This document shows positions 14,301 to 26,139 of a stretch of 64,000 bases of DNA, in pieces; within the stretch, counting starts at the first letter, position 1, and each line of letters opens with the position of its first letter. The stretch spans positions 1,550,001-1,614,000 of the forward strand of contig BQFW01000005.1 in assembly GCA_020891255.1 (NCBI GenBank), given 5' to 3'. The notes below the pieces were generated by a model. It saw only the letters and a program-made list of their open reading frames with translations. It did no database searches and was not told where the DNA came from. A program made the position numbers and the translations under genes. This stretch comes from Entomortierella parvispora E1425. Taxonomy: Eukaryota; Fungi; Mortierellomycota.

Positions 14301-15533
14301 ATCCTTGGGCATGTGATTAACGAACTTTTCCAATTGGCCCCACATCCATCGTACAAGAGCGTCAAGGAGTTACTGTCGGATCAGGCTAGACTATTGGATC
14401 AACCAAGCAGTATGGTGGAAGACTTGGACGAAAAGTCTGCCCATCAAGTCCAAATCTTGAAACAGAACCTTGCGTCCTGGAAAGAATCACACAGGCCCTC
14501 CATCCAAGGCGCGTCGGATTACAGCAATTCCAGCAAAACAGGTAAACAAACGCGATGTTTATGGTAGCCATTTTGTGTTTTCGGGTATTTCTTAAACTAA
14601 CCCGTACCCTCTCTGGTGTTTCATCATACAGTTCTAGCTTGGGTTTTCCAAGCTCTCTCCGGGTGGCGTGTTCAGGCCACATATGGAGTTATTCTCCCTT
14701 TGGTACCCGACTTGTTCTTGATGCAGGATGTTCCTGATGACCAGGATCTGCAGCAACTGGCCACACTGTCACTCCTGCAATTGGCAAGATTTGCGTACCC
14801 CGCAGACATGGTCCCAAAAGTTGTGGATATTCTCTGCAAGACTCTCAAAGAATCGGATAGCTGGCATGTGCGCAACAACGTGTTGCCAGTGGTGCAGATT
14901 TTCTTTTACACCAATCTGTTCTCCATGGACGTTCAGATGATGGTTCGCGTCATGGATGCAGTTTCGAGCATGCTCTTGGATACGCAGATCGAGGTGAGTT
15001 TGCATCGCAGAAGAGGTTAGATGGACATTGCGCTACTTCAAGTACGGCATCACTTACCATCGTTTATAAAAAAAATATGATAGGTTCGACAACTCGCTGC
15101 AACAACATTATCCGGAATTGTTCGTTGCTCTCAACGCGATGCGACTCAAGCCCTATTTAAGCACTTCAAACGACTGCTGCAGGATACACCACTTCCTGCT
15201 CGCAAAAAGAGAGATCGGACAACAGGGAAACCCAAGGAGAATGATCCGGAAGGATATAGCGACGCTCTTATCAAGCGTCACGCAGGCGTGCTGGGATTAT
15301 CGTCCTTGGTGGAGGCGTTCCCATACGACGTACCGGAATGGATGCCGGAGGTCTTGGTGTTCCTGTCCGGTTACTTTTCAGATCCACCTCCAATTTCAAC
15401 GACTGTAAAGAAGGTATTTGGTGATTTCAAGCGTACGCACCAGGATACATGGCATGAAGATTCCAAGCGATTCAGCCAGGAGGAGCTAGAGGTGTTGAGT
15501 GACATGCTTATCTCGCCTAGTTACTATGCTTAA
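8382..15533 (+). CDS. BLM10: Proteasome activator Blm10/PA200 (PSME4), many exons
   Basis: Long HEAT-like helical protein with PGVDLNDPVKT, AERLIRGSKHW-like ELIGGLIRGSKHW, HAGVLGLSSLVEAFPYDVPEWMP and FKRTHQDTW. It ends SPSYYA-stop, the HbYX/YYX proteasome gate-opening tail of Blm10/PA200. Confidence 0.95.
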
Positions 15534-15934
15534 AGAAAAAAGAAACGCGTATACATGGTCAGGTTACTTTTTATTAGAATAAATGATTGTAAAATTTCCC
15601 CAGGAGAATTGAGAATTCCCTTTGCAAAGACACATTAGTTCTGACCCAGACTGGACTCGAATACCGTGGCAACAGCTTTGTCCCTTTCAGTCCCTTCATT
15701 CTGTCTGAGCTCCGTTACCAGATGGCATTCCCAACTGTCCTCATAAGACAGGGCACAAGAGGAGCGCGGATAAGGCTGTGCCAACAGTCTATTGTATCAT
15801 CGGATCAGCAAGTGATGGCAGTCAGGTCAGACGAAAGTCTTTTATTCACTTTCCACTCTTTCCCACACCTCTTTCCTGGAAATCAGAGTCAGCAATCCCT
15901 ACCTCCCGACTTCAACTACTTGCGATTGCCCTCC

Positions 15935-17058
15935 ATGAAAGTTCTTTTCACTACTGTAGCCTGTGCTCTCCCTATTTTTGTGGCTACCCTCTTGACATTT
16001 TCAAGCGTCGTTCGTGCTGGTTCGTTCATCTTAATAGTCCAAAGGCGAGCGCGCCTAGTGTCTTATTTTCGCTAATAGTAAAGCGATTGCTGTGCTGTTT
16101 TATCTAATAGATCATGTCTTTTGGACCCTCCCCACAGCCAACAACACCAATATCTTCGCAGGTGTGTGCATTTGAATACGGGCATTCTTCAAAAAAGAAC
16201 GATCGTGGACTAATCAACCACTCGCGATCATTAAATCTCTAGGATGTCCCGTAGAATTAGGGTTCCGAGTGCAGTACTCGGACATGGCCATGCTTCAATG
16301 GGTGCAACTTCAGGTCCTTGCTGCGGATGACACCGTGTTGATCGAAGGACTTGATAACTCGACCCGGGAAAGTTGGGACTGTAAAGTGCCAAACATCCTT
16401 TCAACACAACGCACTATTCGCTGTCTCTCTCTTCACACGTTCACTCAACTCGCTTTTCCTTAACCGCCCATTGTTCTCGCATCCTTTAGTGAAACGCGCC
16501 AAGAATGTCACCTGGACCGTCCCTCATGACTGGGCCGAAGGAGATTACATCCTACGGGCCTTTGGCAATGGATCATACCCTTGCACTGAAAACGGCCACC
16601 GAACATTCTGTCAATTCCCGATGGAAGATCGAGAGACGATCCACTTGCATGTGCTGCCGGAAGGCCAAAGCTGTCCCCAATCACTTGTCCCTTCATCAGC
16701 CCCAACAGTTTCGTCACCGACCTCTTTGTCTGCGGTCGGATCTGAAGACGAAGACGCTCAGATCAAGAGTGACGGCGAAGAGGGATTTTCGACTCCGCTG
16801 CATATCCATATTGATCCTTCGGTTTTGGCTCTACTTCAACAACAAAACGAGGCTCGCCACGACAACCTCCCCACTTCTCGCACAGGATCCGGCTTGAATT
16901 CCACAAAGGCTATCGCACCAACAACAAACACGGCGGGCTCGGACCAAGGTCATGTGCAAGAAAAAAAGAAGACCCAAACTAGTGAGGCTTCAAAGGAGCT
17001 TCAGGCCAGTTTTCTGACCCTTGTAGGAGGTATCATGGCCTCGATGTTTGTTTGGTAA
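15935..17058 (+). CDS. Uncharacterised secreted, probably GPI-anchored protein with a beta-rich (Ig-like) N-terminal domain and an S/T-rich stalk
   Basis: Signal-like MKVLFTTVACALPIFVATLLTFSSVVRA. Spliced GCPVELGFRVQY...KNVTWTVPHDWAEGDYILRAFG with 4 Cys, a low-complexity S/T/P region and a hydrophobic C-terminus (ASFLTLVGGIMASMFVW). Splicing was inferred by eye. Confidence 0.7.
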
Positions 17059-17155
17059 AAAAAAAAAAAAAAAATGGCAAATAAAAAATCAACACTCCTC
17101 TCTACCGCCAAAAAGAAACAAAAGAGCAAGAGCTATTCCTTTTCCGATTGTTTCT

Positions 17156-18248
17156 TTATGGCAAATGTTGGAAGGTAAAAGGCTGAAGCTGAAGTAAGAG
17201 CTGACAGAGAGCTACGGACCTTGCTTGGACCTCTCGCGTCCAACTCAGCAAGTGGAGGAGATGATGTTCGTCGAGCTGCTCCCTATGACGCTTTGTCCCG
17301 CATTGGATCGAGTGATAGCGTCCAATCGCCGAAAGGATCTCGTCTGCTCCTTGTCCAATAGCTCTGATCTCGCCTATGGGACGAAGTTGTCATAAGCATG
17401 AGTGGAGTAAGGGTTACAAAAGTTAGAGCCTCGCTTCCCACAGAGATGTTTGGAGATCATAGCCGAGTGCGTTGCATTTACTTACTTTGAACCCTGGACA
17501 AGTTTACAGGTGGTAGTCGCGATCGACCTCGGCCTTTCGTATGTGGTCGAGCAAAGACTCTTGGGATCAACAGTGTCAAAGCATAGCCCACTGTAGCCGC
17601 GAACTTTGACGTGGTGGTAGCGGCGGACGTGGAGGTAGAAGTTCCCAACTGTCTTATTAAAACTTGAGGAAGAACCAGCTCAAGGATGCTGGAGCAATCC
17701 GCGAGAGTAGAAATGTTTTTGGAAAGGGACTTTTCCAAAAACTCAAGTCTGTCTGCGGTGGCCCTTGTTTCCTTTGGCTTTTGAAACACGCTACTGATGC
17801 TTCCATGATATGTCGCAGGGTCTTTTGCAAGCTCATCCGATAGTTGTTGTTGTTCACTCCTGTCATCCTTTCGATAAGCCTGAGGCGTGTCATTTTCGGC
17901 GAGAGGGATATTTCCGCTTGTACAGGAAGCTCTTCCGTGTTGTCTGCGATCGCCTTCTTCCTCAAGATGATCCCATTTGCGCTTACGGCTGAAGGTGATT
18001 CCGCTCTCAGGAGCGATTTTAGGTACTTTCAAATCTGCCATGGAATCGTGGGCAGAGGATCTGTTCAAACCATGTGCTGGTCCAGCAGAGAAGGGTGCTC
18101 TTGGCTGCTGTATGTGTCTTTGGTTCATCTCCTCCTTGATCTCAATAACCAGCCGCGAACAATCCAGGATAAGTTGAGGAAGGTCCTGGGCCGTGTCACT
18201 AAGTTCTCTGAACGTGGTTCGCCAGTATTCGTTGAGGGTGGTCTCCAT
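17156..18248 (-). CDS. Hypothetical spliced protein with an NLS-like RKRK motif
   Basis: The 256-aa ORF ends at a perfect GTAAGT donor (~17482). Splicing to the CCCATAG acceptor (~17375) continues in frame (SEIRAIGQGADEILSAIGRY...QHLP-TAA). A pyrimidine-rich leader lies upstream of the ATG. Confidence 0.55.
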
Positions 18249-18489
18249 CGGTGCACTTTGTGGATTGTCTTTGGAGAGGATTGATAGGGTGGACGGTGAG
18301 AAGATAGAAAAGGGGTATGAGAAGTTGGAAAAGCAAGACCGCTGGCCTTGTGAAAAAGATCAGCCAAAAAAGAGACTCGCGATCGCAGATGTATTTTCAG
18401 ATTCCTTTAGACATCTACGACGTTGAGCACCACCACCTACTACATGCATATTTGGTGTGCATTGTGCTAGAGGGTGATACTTTTGTTCA

Positions 18490-19047
18490 TTAGGGCCGAG
18501 TACGATACCACAGAAGCCGCTCTTGCGTCTTGTTATCAAGACCGGGGGTATAGGTATCCCGGGTGAGAATGTAGCAAGTATCACACATGTGGATAGTCCA
18601 GTGCGGGTCGAACTCGTATCCTGCATACACCATTTTTTGAGGCGTGTAGGCCTGCATTGGTGTAGGATGTCGCTTTGGCTTGTCCTTAGCCTCCGCCTTG
18701 CAATTTGCCATTTTGCAGCAATATTCACAGACATAAAGGCTCATCGCACACAAGTAGAGCATGTAACTCTTGGACTCTGGCATGCCACGGAGAGTACGAA
18801 GCCGCCGGTTATCCTCAGAATGCGCTATAGAGAACATACGCGACCACACCGACAGAGAGGACACAATCTTGTTGAAGGTTTTGTTGACGCTCGATAGGCG
18901 TGAGAGCTGAGACGGGTAGAGGAAACTGAATATTTTCTGCCAGACTTCAGGGGGAATGTGCTTGTCGAGTTGTTCGTTGATGGATCGGCGCGAAAGAGAT
19001 CGGCGCGAAAGGGATCGCTCATTGTCCATTGGAATCAGCAATGACAT
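18490..19047 (-). CDS. Short F-box protein with two CxxC pairs (paralog 1)
   Basis: F-box-like HIPPEVWQKIFSFLYPSQLSRLSSVNKTFNKIVSSLSVW, then ESKSYMLY, CEYC and CDTC. Clearly homologous to the ORF at 21468-21995. Confidence 0.8.
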   Translation of the reverse strand: MSLLIPMDNERSLSRRSLSRRSINEQLDKHIPPEVWQKIFSFLYPSQLSRLSSVNKTFNKIVSSLSVWSRMFSIAHSEDNRRLRTLRGMPESKSYMLYLCAMSLYVCEYCCKMANCKAEAKDKPKRHPTPMQAYTPQKMVYAGYEFDPHWTIHMCDTCYILTRDTYTPGLDNKTQERLLWYRTRP

Positions 19048-19202
19048 CTATTGTTGAGATTGAAGTGGGAGGGAACATGCAGAAGAGCATTGAACATGCG
19101 TGATTCTCACCATCGGGTTCCCCCCCCCCTTTTTTTTTCTTTTTTTTCTTTGTTCTTTCGGAGTATCGAATTAGTTTATTCTTTGGGTAAATAGAGGATC
19201 AC

Positions 19203-19897
19203 CTACAAGCTCATCATCGCCGCAACGAAAGTAAGAGCCACGAGTGCAGCACTCTTTGCTGGAATAGAGGCAGCTCCAGAGCCGGTAGGAGCAGGTGCGA
19301 CCCCAGAGGATGAAGTCGTGGCATCGTTGTTGTTCACACACTGGGACTGATCGAATCCGGGTGCAGATGTGACAAGAACAACATCGGCGCATTGGTACAA
19401 AGGACCATCGCCACCGTTATAGATGAGCTGGATGGTAGCGTTCGCATTGTTTGCGGCTCCATTGAACGAAGAGAGGTTAAGAGGGAAACAGCCATGTCCA
19501 GGGTGGTTCATCGACGTGGAGTTGGCGGGCGTGCTGGCAGCAGCAGTAAAGTCAGCAGCGGCAGGGTTTGATCCCAAGACGACGTTGATCTGGAGAGTGG
19601 ATGAAGGATGGACGGACAGAATCTCCACAAAACCATTTGCTACTCACGTTTTAACATCCAAGAATGGCTTTTGCGTTAGTAATCAAAGATCAAAAGTTTG
19701 TTGCATGCCAATGCGAGATTCGAAGACTTACTCAGAGGGAACTGGGTACGGTTTGACAAGGCATTGAAACCGCCGCAAGGACCAGTGGGCTCGGCGTCAT
19801 CGTTGAAACCTCTTGAAGCGGGATAGGTGAGGATAAAATGAGCCGAGGCTGCAGAGCTGCAGAGGAGAGCGGCGGCGAGGGTAGCGGCAAATTTCAT
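19203..19897 (-). CDS. LPMO-like copper-binding protein, X325/Bim1 family, GPI-anchored; 2 exons (intron 19640-19731)
   Basis: 19-aa signal peptide followed by His1 (HFILTYPASRGF...PCGG). Second His in SVHP (mature H47), GGDGPLYQCADV (mature D114), 4 Cys, S/T/A/P linker and hydrophobic GPI signal. Confidence 0.88.
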
Positions 19898-19987
19898 GAT
19901 GCGGAGGACTGGAGGGTAAGGAATGGAGGAGTAAAAGGAAGTAAGAAGAAAGAAGAAAGAAAAAGGAAAATGCGAGGGGAAGGGGAG

Positions 19988-20187
19988 CTGTCATAAATCT
20001 GTCAAGAAAACGGGGACCCTTTCGGTTGTGACCTGTTTACCCGAGGCAACGACATTTTCACAAACCGAGGGCGCAAAAATTGGCAGATGGGAAATCAAAC
20101 TCCGCCATATCTGTTGTATTCTTGACAGCTGTCAAAACCACGCCTGTCATTTGGTCTAGATCATCCATTGACAGTTGACAGCTGTCC
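19988..20187. promoter_or_regulatory. Cluster of TGACAG/CTGTCA motifs, including a 14-bp perfect palindrome, upstream of the X325/Bim1-like gene
   Basis: Seven exact 6-mers at 19988, 19999, 20123, 20129, 20144, 20169 and 20176. Palindrome TTGACAGCTGTCAA at 20122-20135 and a near-copy at 20175-20187. Confidence 0.5.
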
Positions 20188-21467
20188 GATCCTCTGCTTG
20201 TCTGCTCTTTTACTCCACGTGCGGTACGTCTTGTGGGGTCCTCAACGGCCTAGAGCAAAGTTGATAGTCATTGGAGTTCGCCCCATCGCCTCTTTTCTTC
20301 TCTGAGTGCGCGGCCCATCGCTGTCAGACGTGCGCCGCCCCACAAAGCGTGAACGCTATGGCCCGAATGACGCAAAGTCAATTCCCGTGGGCCGTCATGA
20401 TGCCCCTTACCACTTGCTTTTTGCTGCCCCAATGAGGCCTCTACTGAAGAAATCGATATCATCAGCAATTCCCCAGGAAAGTGGCGACACCCAGCCCTAA
20501 GCACCCCAGCGGCACGGCAATTGCCCAGAAAAGACCACTCTTCCAGCGGCTTTCCAACAGCTGCCCCAAAATGGAAGAGGATACTCGCTGCAAGTACAAC
20601 CTCTTCTCGCCAAGATGCGTGGATAATCTCCCGCAAGACTAAACTCTCCCTTTTTGCTTGTTTGTGCAGAAGTGGGCACAGGTGCCCTTGAATTTCAAAG
20701 AGAGTTCCACCAATGGACAGTTGTCGCTGATTTTCGTGGTCACGTCTTTCTGAGTGTGAATGTACCTCAGCGGTTTTGATCGATAAACGGGGGCGAGGGG
20801 ACGTCAGGCATCTCTTTCCCAGGGTAATCGGTATGTACCTGTCACCCGTTCCATCCTCGGGTCTGTTTGGCAGTTTGCTAAATAGCCACTGTTTGCCTAG
20901 AAACAGTTCACCTGTCGCACACCAAAGTAAGTGCCAGTGCCTAGACTACAGGGTTTGCGGAGAATAACTTGCCAGCGTCATCCAGTGATAGAACTCGTCC
21001 TTGACTGGAGAAAGATCACGTCGGATCGCTGAGCTCGCTATGTTCTTACTGAACAGAAGTGGTCCCTGTACGAGGTAGGTTGGATAAGAGTAAAAGAGTG
21101 TGTTCTTCAGCTCAAGTACGACAATCCTACAAAGGGCCTGGTTACGGCACTAATGCTTATTGCCAAGCCAGAAAATAGCGACTAAGATCCGTGATAGGGG
21201 ATTTTTCAAGCGTTTCCATGTATCGAGCAAGAACGAGTTTGAGCTAACAGGACGAGGAGAATGAGCAAAATGATCAGGCCGCGAAAGAAAGGAGGACAAA
21301 AAGACGAGGGAGACGAAGAAGGTGGAGATAGTAAGGATGAGGATGGAATGACCTTGAGGAGAAGAAAAGCGACAAAGGATGTTCAAAAATAGATGCTTTC
21401 TATATTTTAGGGAAAATGAATGTTCATCGCTTTTGGAGCTTCATCCATATTGCCGACAAAAAATCAT

Positions 21468-21995
21468 TCAGGGCTGCTTTCTGTACCAATGGATCCGTTC
21501 CCTCGTCCTGTAATCCAGGGCTCGAGTCCAATCATCAGGGATGGAGTTTCGACAGCTTTGACACATACTGATTTCCCAGTTTGGATTGAGCTCTTCACCC
21601 TCGTACAGGTGTCCCGGTCTGTTCATCGTTGGCATAGGTGCCAGCGCTCGAGCCGGTCGCATACAACCGGACCCATAGCGCCGGATAGGAGGCATGCCAA
21701 AGCAAGATTCACAGACGTAAATGCTGACAGCACACATATAAAGCATATAGCTCTTGGACTCGGACATATTGCTGAGCGCACGCAGGTGGACCATGTCGCC
21801 CTGCGAATTGTTATCCACGCTGTGAGCTTTTTTGAATATGCGGGACCAGATCGACAGAGAGGATACGATCGCATTGAAGTTCTTGTTGACCATTGAGAGG
21901 CGAGAGAGTTGGGACGGGTAAAGGCCCTCGAAGATTCGTTGCCAAATCTCGAGAGGAATACGTTCATCGAGAGGGGGTCCCTTGATGGCGCTCAT
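21468..21995 (-). CDS. Short F-box protein with two CxxC pairs (paralog 2)
   Basis: RIPLEIWQRIFEGLYPSQLSRLSMVNKNFNAIVSSLSIW, ESKSYMLY, CESC and CQSC. Ends WYRKQP-stop, at the position homologous to paralog 1 (WYRTRP-stop). Confidence 0.8.
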   Translation of the reverse strand: MSAIKGPPLDERIPLEIWQRIFEGLYPSQLSRLSMVNKNFNAIVSSLSIWSRIFKKAHSVDNNSQGDMVHLRALSNMSESKSYMLYMCAVSIYVCESCFGMPPIRRYGSGCMRPARALAPMPTMNRPGHLYEGEELNPNWEISMCQSCRNSIPDDWTRALDYRTRERIHWYRKQP

Positions 21996-22324
21996 AATGT
22001 AAAATGATGATGTAATTTGGAGGATGGTCTGGAGGAAAAAAAAGAAAGAAGGAAAAGAGCAAAAGCCAGATGTTTTTGCCCCTGCTCGAATTGGGCGGTG
22101 TCAAGAGCAATAGAGTAATAAAAGAAAGGAATTCGAACAGGTTGTACAAAAGTCGCAAGGTCAGCCCCGAGAGCGTTGACTCGTAAAAGCCTAGAACAGT
22201 AGCATGCAGTAATATGAGAAGATACGAGTAAAAGGCGTTTAATTTCGGCGTTGCGGTTACAATGGAAGGACGAAGTCCATCCCATCATTTTTTTTAGGTG
22301 GAGAGATTCATGCAGAAAAGATCC

Positions 22325-25300
22325 TTAGTTGGAATCCTTATCAGACAATACGGCAGCAAATGAAAAGGGCTCGAAAGCATAACCGGTTCCTTGATAGAAC
22401 TTGTTGTTGAACTCAACCCAGTGCAAACGCAGTGCATGCAGAAAAGCTGAAAGACCCTCCATTCCGATCAAAATTCCGATAGTGAGGGTGAACCAGAGAG
22501 AGAACATGAAAATGGTCATAATCGCGCCAATAGCTCCGCCGAACTTCCAGGCCATGCCCAATGTCATAGACCACAGCACCTCAGACAACTGAGCGTGGGC
22601 TAGCGACAAAGCCCAAAGACGCAAATATGAGGCAGTGTTGGAAATACAACCGAGGCAGAAATCGATCGTGTGGATAACCTGATGAATCAGTTCTTCCGAG
22701 AACTCAAACTCTTCGCCATGCTCTCCTTCATGCTCCTCGGCTACAACGGCGCCTCCAGCTTCATCCGATTGATTGCTGTCGGTACTGATGCGAACGTGGT
22801 GTTCTGAAGGAAGATGGTATCCCATTGAGCGAGCCTTGTTGTGTTCCCACTTGAGATAGTATGGCTTCAAAAACAGCATCCAGGGAATACAGATAAATGC
22901 CAAAAGAACCAACAATCCTTGTACAAAGCCCTGTATAAAAAACATTTAAAGGTTAACGATAACACCCAACGATGAAAATAAAAAAAGAAAAATCAGTAGC
23001 TCATTTACCTGTCCTGGGTAGAGCTTATCGCCCTCATTAACCTTGCCAGGGCTCAAAAACATGTAGATCATGGTGTTAAGCAAACTTGGAGGAGAGTTAC
23101 GGATTGAATGACCGGCGGCATCAGTCTCATTCCAGTCCACAGTCCACTTGTAGGTGATCATCATAATAAGATAACCAAACAAACACTGCATAAATAGCAT
23201 CTGGGGAATGAATCCACCAATGATATCAATGGGTTTGCGGAAGAACTTTGCGTTGTAGTAGACCATACAGATTCCGAATGACATATGGATAACTCCGAGG
23301 ATGACCGACATCTTCATCTTGTAAGAGTTGGTGAAAAGTAAGTAGTTTTCGGTTCCGTGCCATGCGTAATCAATACCAAAAGGATAGGTGTGCCCATTGG
23401 GTTGAGCGATAACCGCGTCTCCGGTCTTGTAGCCTTCAGGGAGAGTGAATACCCATCCAGTCTGGAAGAATGGCAGGACACGGGAGAAAATATCGTTGTA
23501 CATCATTCCAGTGAAGATCGAGAAGGCACCCATAAGAAGGATGATGTAGCGACCTCCGTACACCATACCAAACATCTAGACAATTAAATAGCAAAAAAAA
23601 AAAAAAAAAGGTCAGTATTCACAAAAAAAAATATGGCCGACAGCTACTGTCCACCAATAAGTCTTACCTCTCCATCAACACTGGCAAGCTTGCGTTCATT
23701 CAGCACAAGCCAAACTCCGGCTAGAAAGACCAAGAAACCATGGCCAACATCTCCGAACATGACGGCGAACAGGAAGGGGAAGGAGATCACAGTGAACAGA
23801 CCGGGGTTCACCTCACGGTAGCGAGCCATACCATAGGCGTCCACAATGGCCTGGAACCCAGCAGTGAACTTGTTGGTCTTGTGGTACGTTGGAGGCTCTT
23901 TGTGAGTGCGAAGCTCATTCAAGATGGAAGGCACCATCGATCCAGAGCGTTCGGTCACGCCGCGAAGAGCAGTCTGGATGGTGTTGATTTCGTTGGTTGG
24001 GCACCAACCCTCGGCAATCAGACACTTGCGATTGATATCGTAGTTGAACTGATTCATGGTGTGGTAAGTTGCCTTTTCCTTCTTGACAATTGTCATCCAT
24101 GCAGTCAAATTTTCGGAGATGCGCATCAACTCCTGTCGACGGGTTTGGGTAGTGTTGACAAGCACAGAGTTGAATTCCTCAATGTGTCGGAGGACATCCA
24201 GAAGTGCCTCACGGCGACGATCAGAGGATGAGTCAATCGGGTACAAAGTCGCTCCCAAAGACTCGGCGATCTTCTTGATCTTTGCAAGAATCTCCTTACC
24301 GTGGGCAAAGATGATGAACACATTCTTCTCCACAACTGCATCAGTAGAGGGGTCGACAATAGGCTCCTCAATTTCAGCTGTGTTCATGTACAAGTTTCCA
24401 CGGAGCGAGCGCCAAAGGATTCGCTCGAATGTCTGCATCTTGTGGCGAGGGATCACACCAGTGACATTGCCAAGGGTGAGGCCTGCATTCTGAGCCTCCT
24501 GGGAAGGGCCAGTCTCCAAATCATCCAGAAGAGGGACGCTTGGCTCGTCGAAAGATTGACGGATATCATCTTGGTGAGAAGCGGCCTGTCGTAGAGAGGA
24601 TACAGGCTCGACGTTAGTAAAAAATGAAAATGCGCCTCTTGAGCTTTACTTGAAAATTACGAGGGATTCAAAGTGGAAGAATCATACCTCCTGGAAGAAG
24701 TCAGCGGTCTCACGCAAGACATGCTTGAGCTCAATGAGCTCCAAGGACCGGCGCTCCATATTCTCGCGCGAGTTGTTCATTTGCTGCAAACGATTCTCGT
24801 GCTCGGAAAGGCGTTCCTCAAGGTCGTCCAACTCCTGGCGTGAGCGGGCGCGGGACAGGTAGTTTGTGGGGATTGATGCGCGGATGGGGATCTCTGCCTT
24901 CTCAATTTGGGAGGTGAAGAAGCCTACGGAGGAAAGGGGGTCGACGGTAAGTATTTCTGTGTAGCGTGCACCCCCAAAGTCAACGTGACACCTCAGATGG
25001 ACGAGGGCTAAGACGACACTGCTGACAGAGTCAAGGATGGGAGGGTCAACACTTACGCAGCTGGCGCTCCATCTCATCAAAGCGTCTGATTTCACCGACA
25101 AAGGCGCGCTGGAAGGCATTCACATCGGGGTTAAGCTAGTAGCAGAACATCAACGATAGGGCGTTGGGCATTGTCGCGTTAGTCATCTGAGCACTTCGAT
25201 TTCCTAGCATTTTCGCTCTCTCTCATTCTTACATCGCGAAACTGTACGAGACCAAGCTCACCAAGCTCTGAGACGGTGGGCTGGGCTACTTCGGCAGGGA

Positions 25301-25355
25301 TATACAGCTGGATCAGCGACATTTCCTCCGAACGGAAGAACGTGGACTCTGACAT
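22325..25355 (-). CDS. VPH1: V-type proton ATPase V0 subunit a (Vph1-like)
   Basis: Starts MSESTFFRSEEMSLIQLYIP...[38 protein letters not shown]. Contains YREVNPG, FPFLFAVMFGDVGHG, SYKMKMS, SNTASYLRLWALSLAHAQLS (essential Arg) and LRLHWVEFNNKFY. Confidence 0.97.
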
Positions 25356-26139
25356 TGTGGTGTTAATCCAGTGTTGTGAGTAAGAAATGGGATAGATACA
25401 AAAAGGTACAGGAATTAGCGCGTGGAATCCCTCTTTTCGCGATCAAGACGATGAAGGCGAAGGGGGTGGAGAGGGAAAGAGAGGGCTGTCGAGTCGTTAA
25501 GGGAGGGAAAGAGCTGCGACAAGAACAAGGGTAGGGACAGGAACAAGGGACAAATCAACTGGGTCATGGACCATGCGACGGCATGACATGCAGTGACTTA
25601 TTGTTAAACATGCGATTGTCGACTTTCCTTAACGTCACCGTATTTTTTGGATGCGTGGGTAAGAATTGCAATGTATTGCCAGGAGGTCGATCCAGGTCAA
25701 GACAAACTATTGTCGTTGCTCTGTCAACAACTAGAGAACGATTGTCAATCGCCAGCTCGCCGCATTCCTTCAGCTAGCAGCCGCGTATCTCACAAGTTTT
25801 GAGCAATTATCGCGGCAGGAGGGCTCAGATGATGTGACTAGTGCATAAGATGCGTCTATTTGATTGCGTGGCGATCGTTGATACCGATGCTATGACGATG
25901 AAATGCTGGGGGTCGCTATGTGCTTTCGTGTCGCGCTGATTAAGATATGGCTTGCGAGTGGCGGGGAAGCGGTATAATTTCCTAAACTGTGGTGGACTTG
26001 CGCGCGGAGACTCTTTAGTAGTTGAGCGGGGTCATGTCACTATCGTCTCATGGATAAAATAGCTTAGTATCAGAAGGATAGACAAAAAGTAAACTCGATC
26101 AAACAAGTTTCGATTGTTTGCATGTCTCCATAGCGTTTT

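Noticed and set aside
20270-21050. Fragmentary ORFs between the X325 gene and F-box paralog 2, including an LRR-like ISDNCPLVELSL
   Set aside because: The pieces are in different frames with stops; similarity is at chance level.
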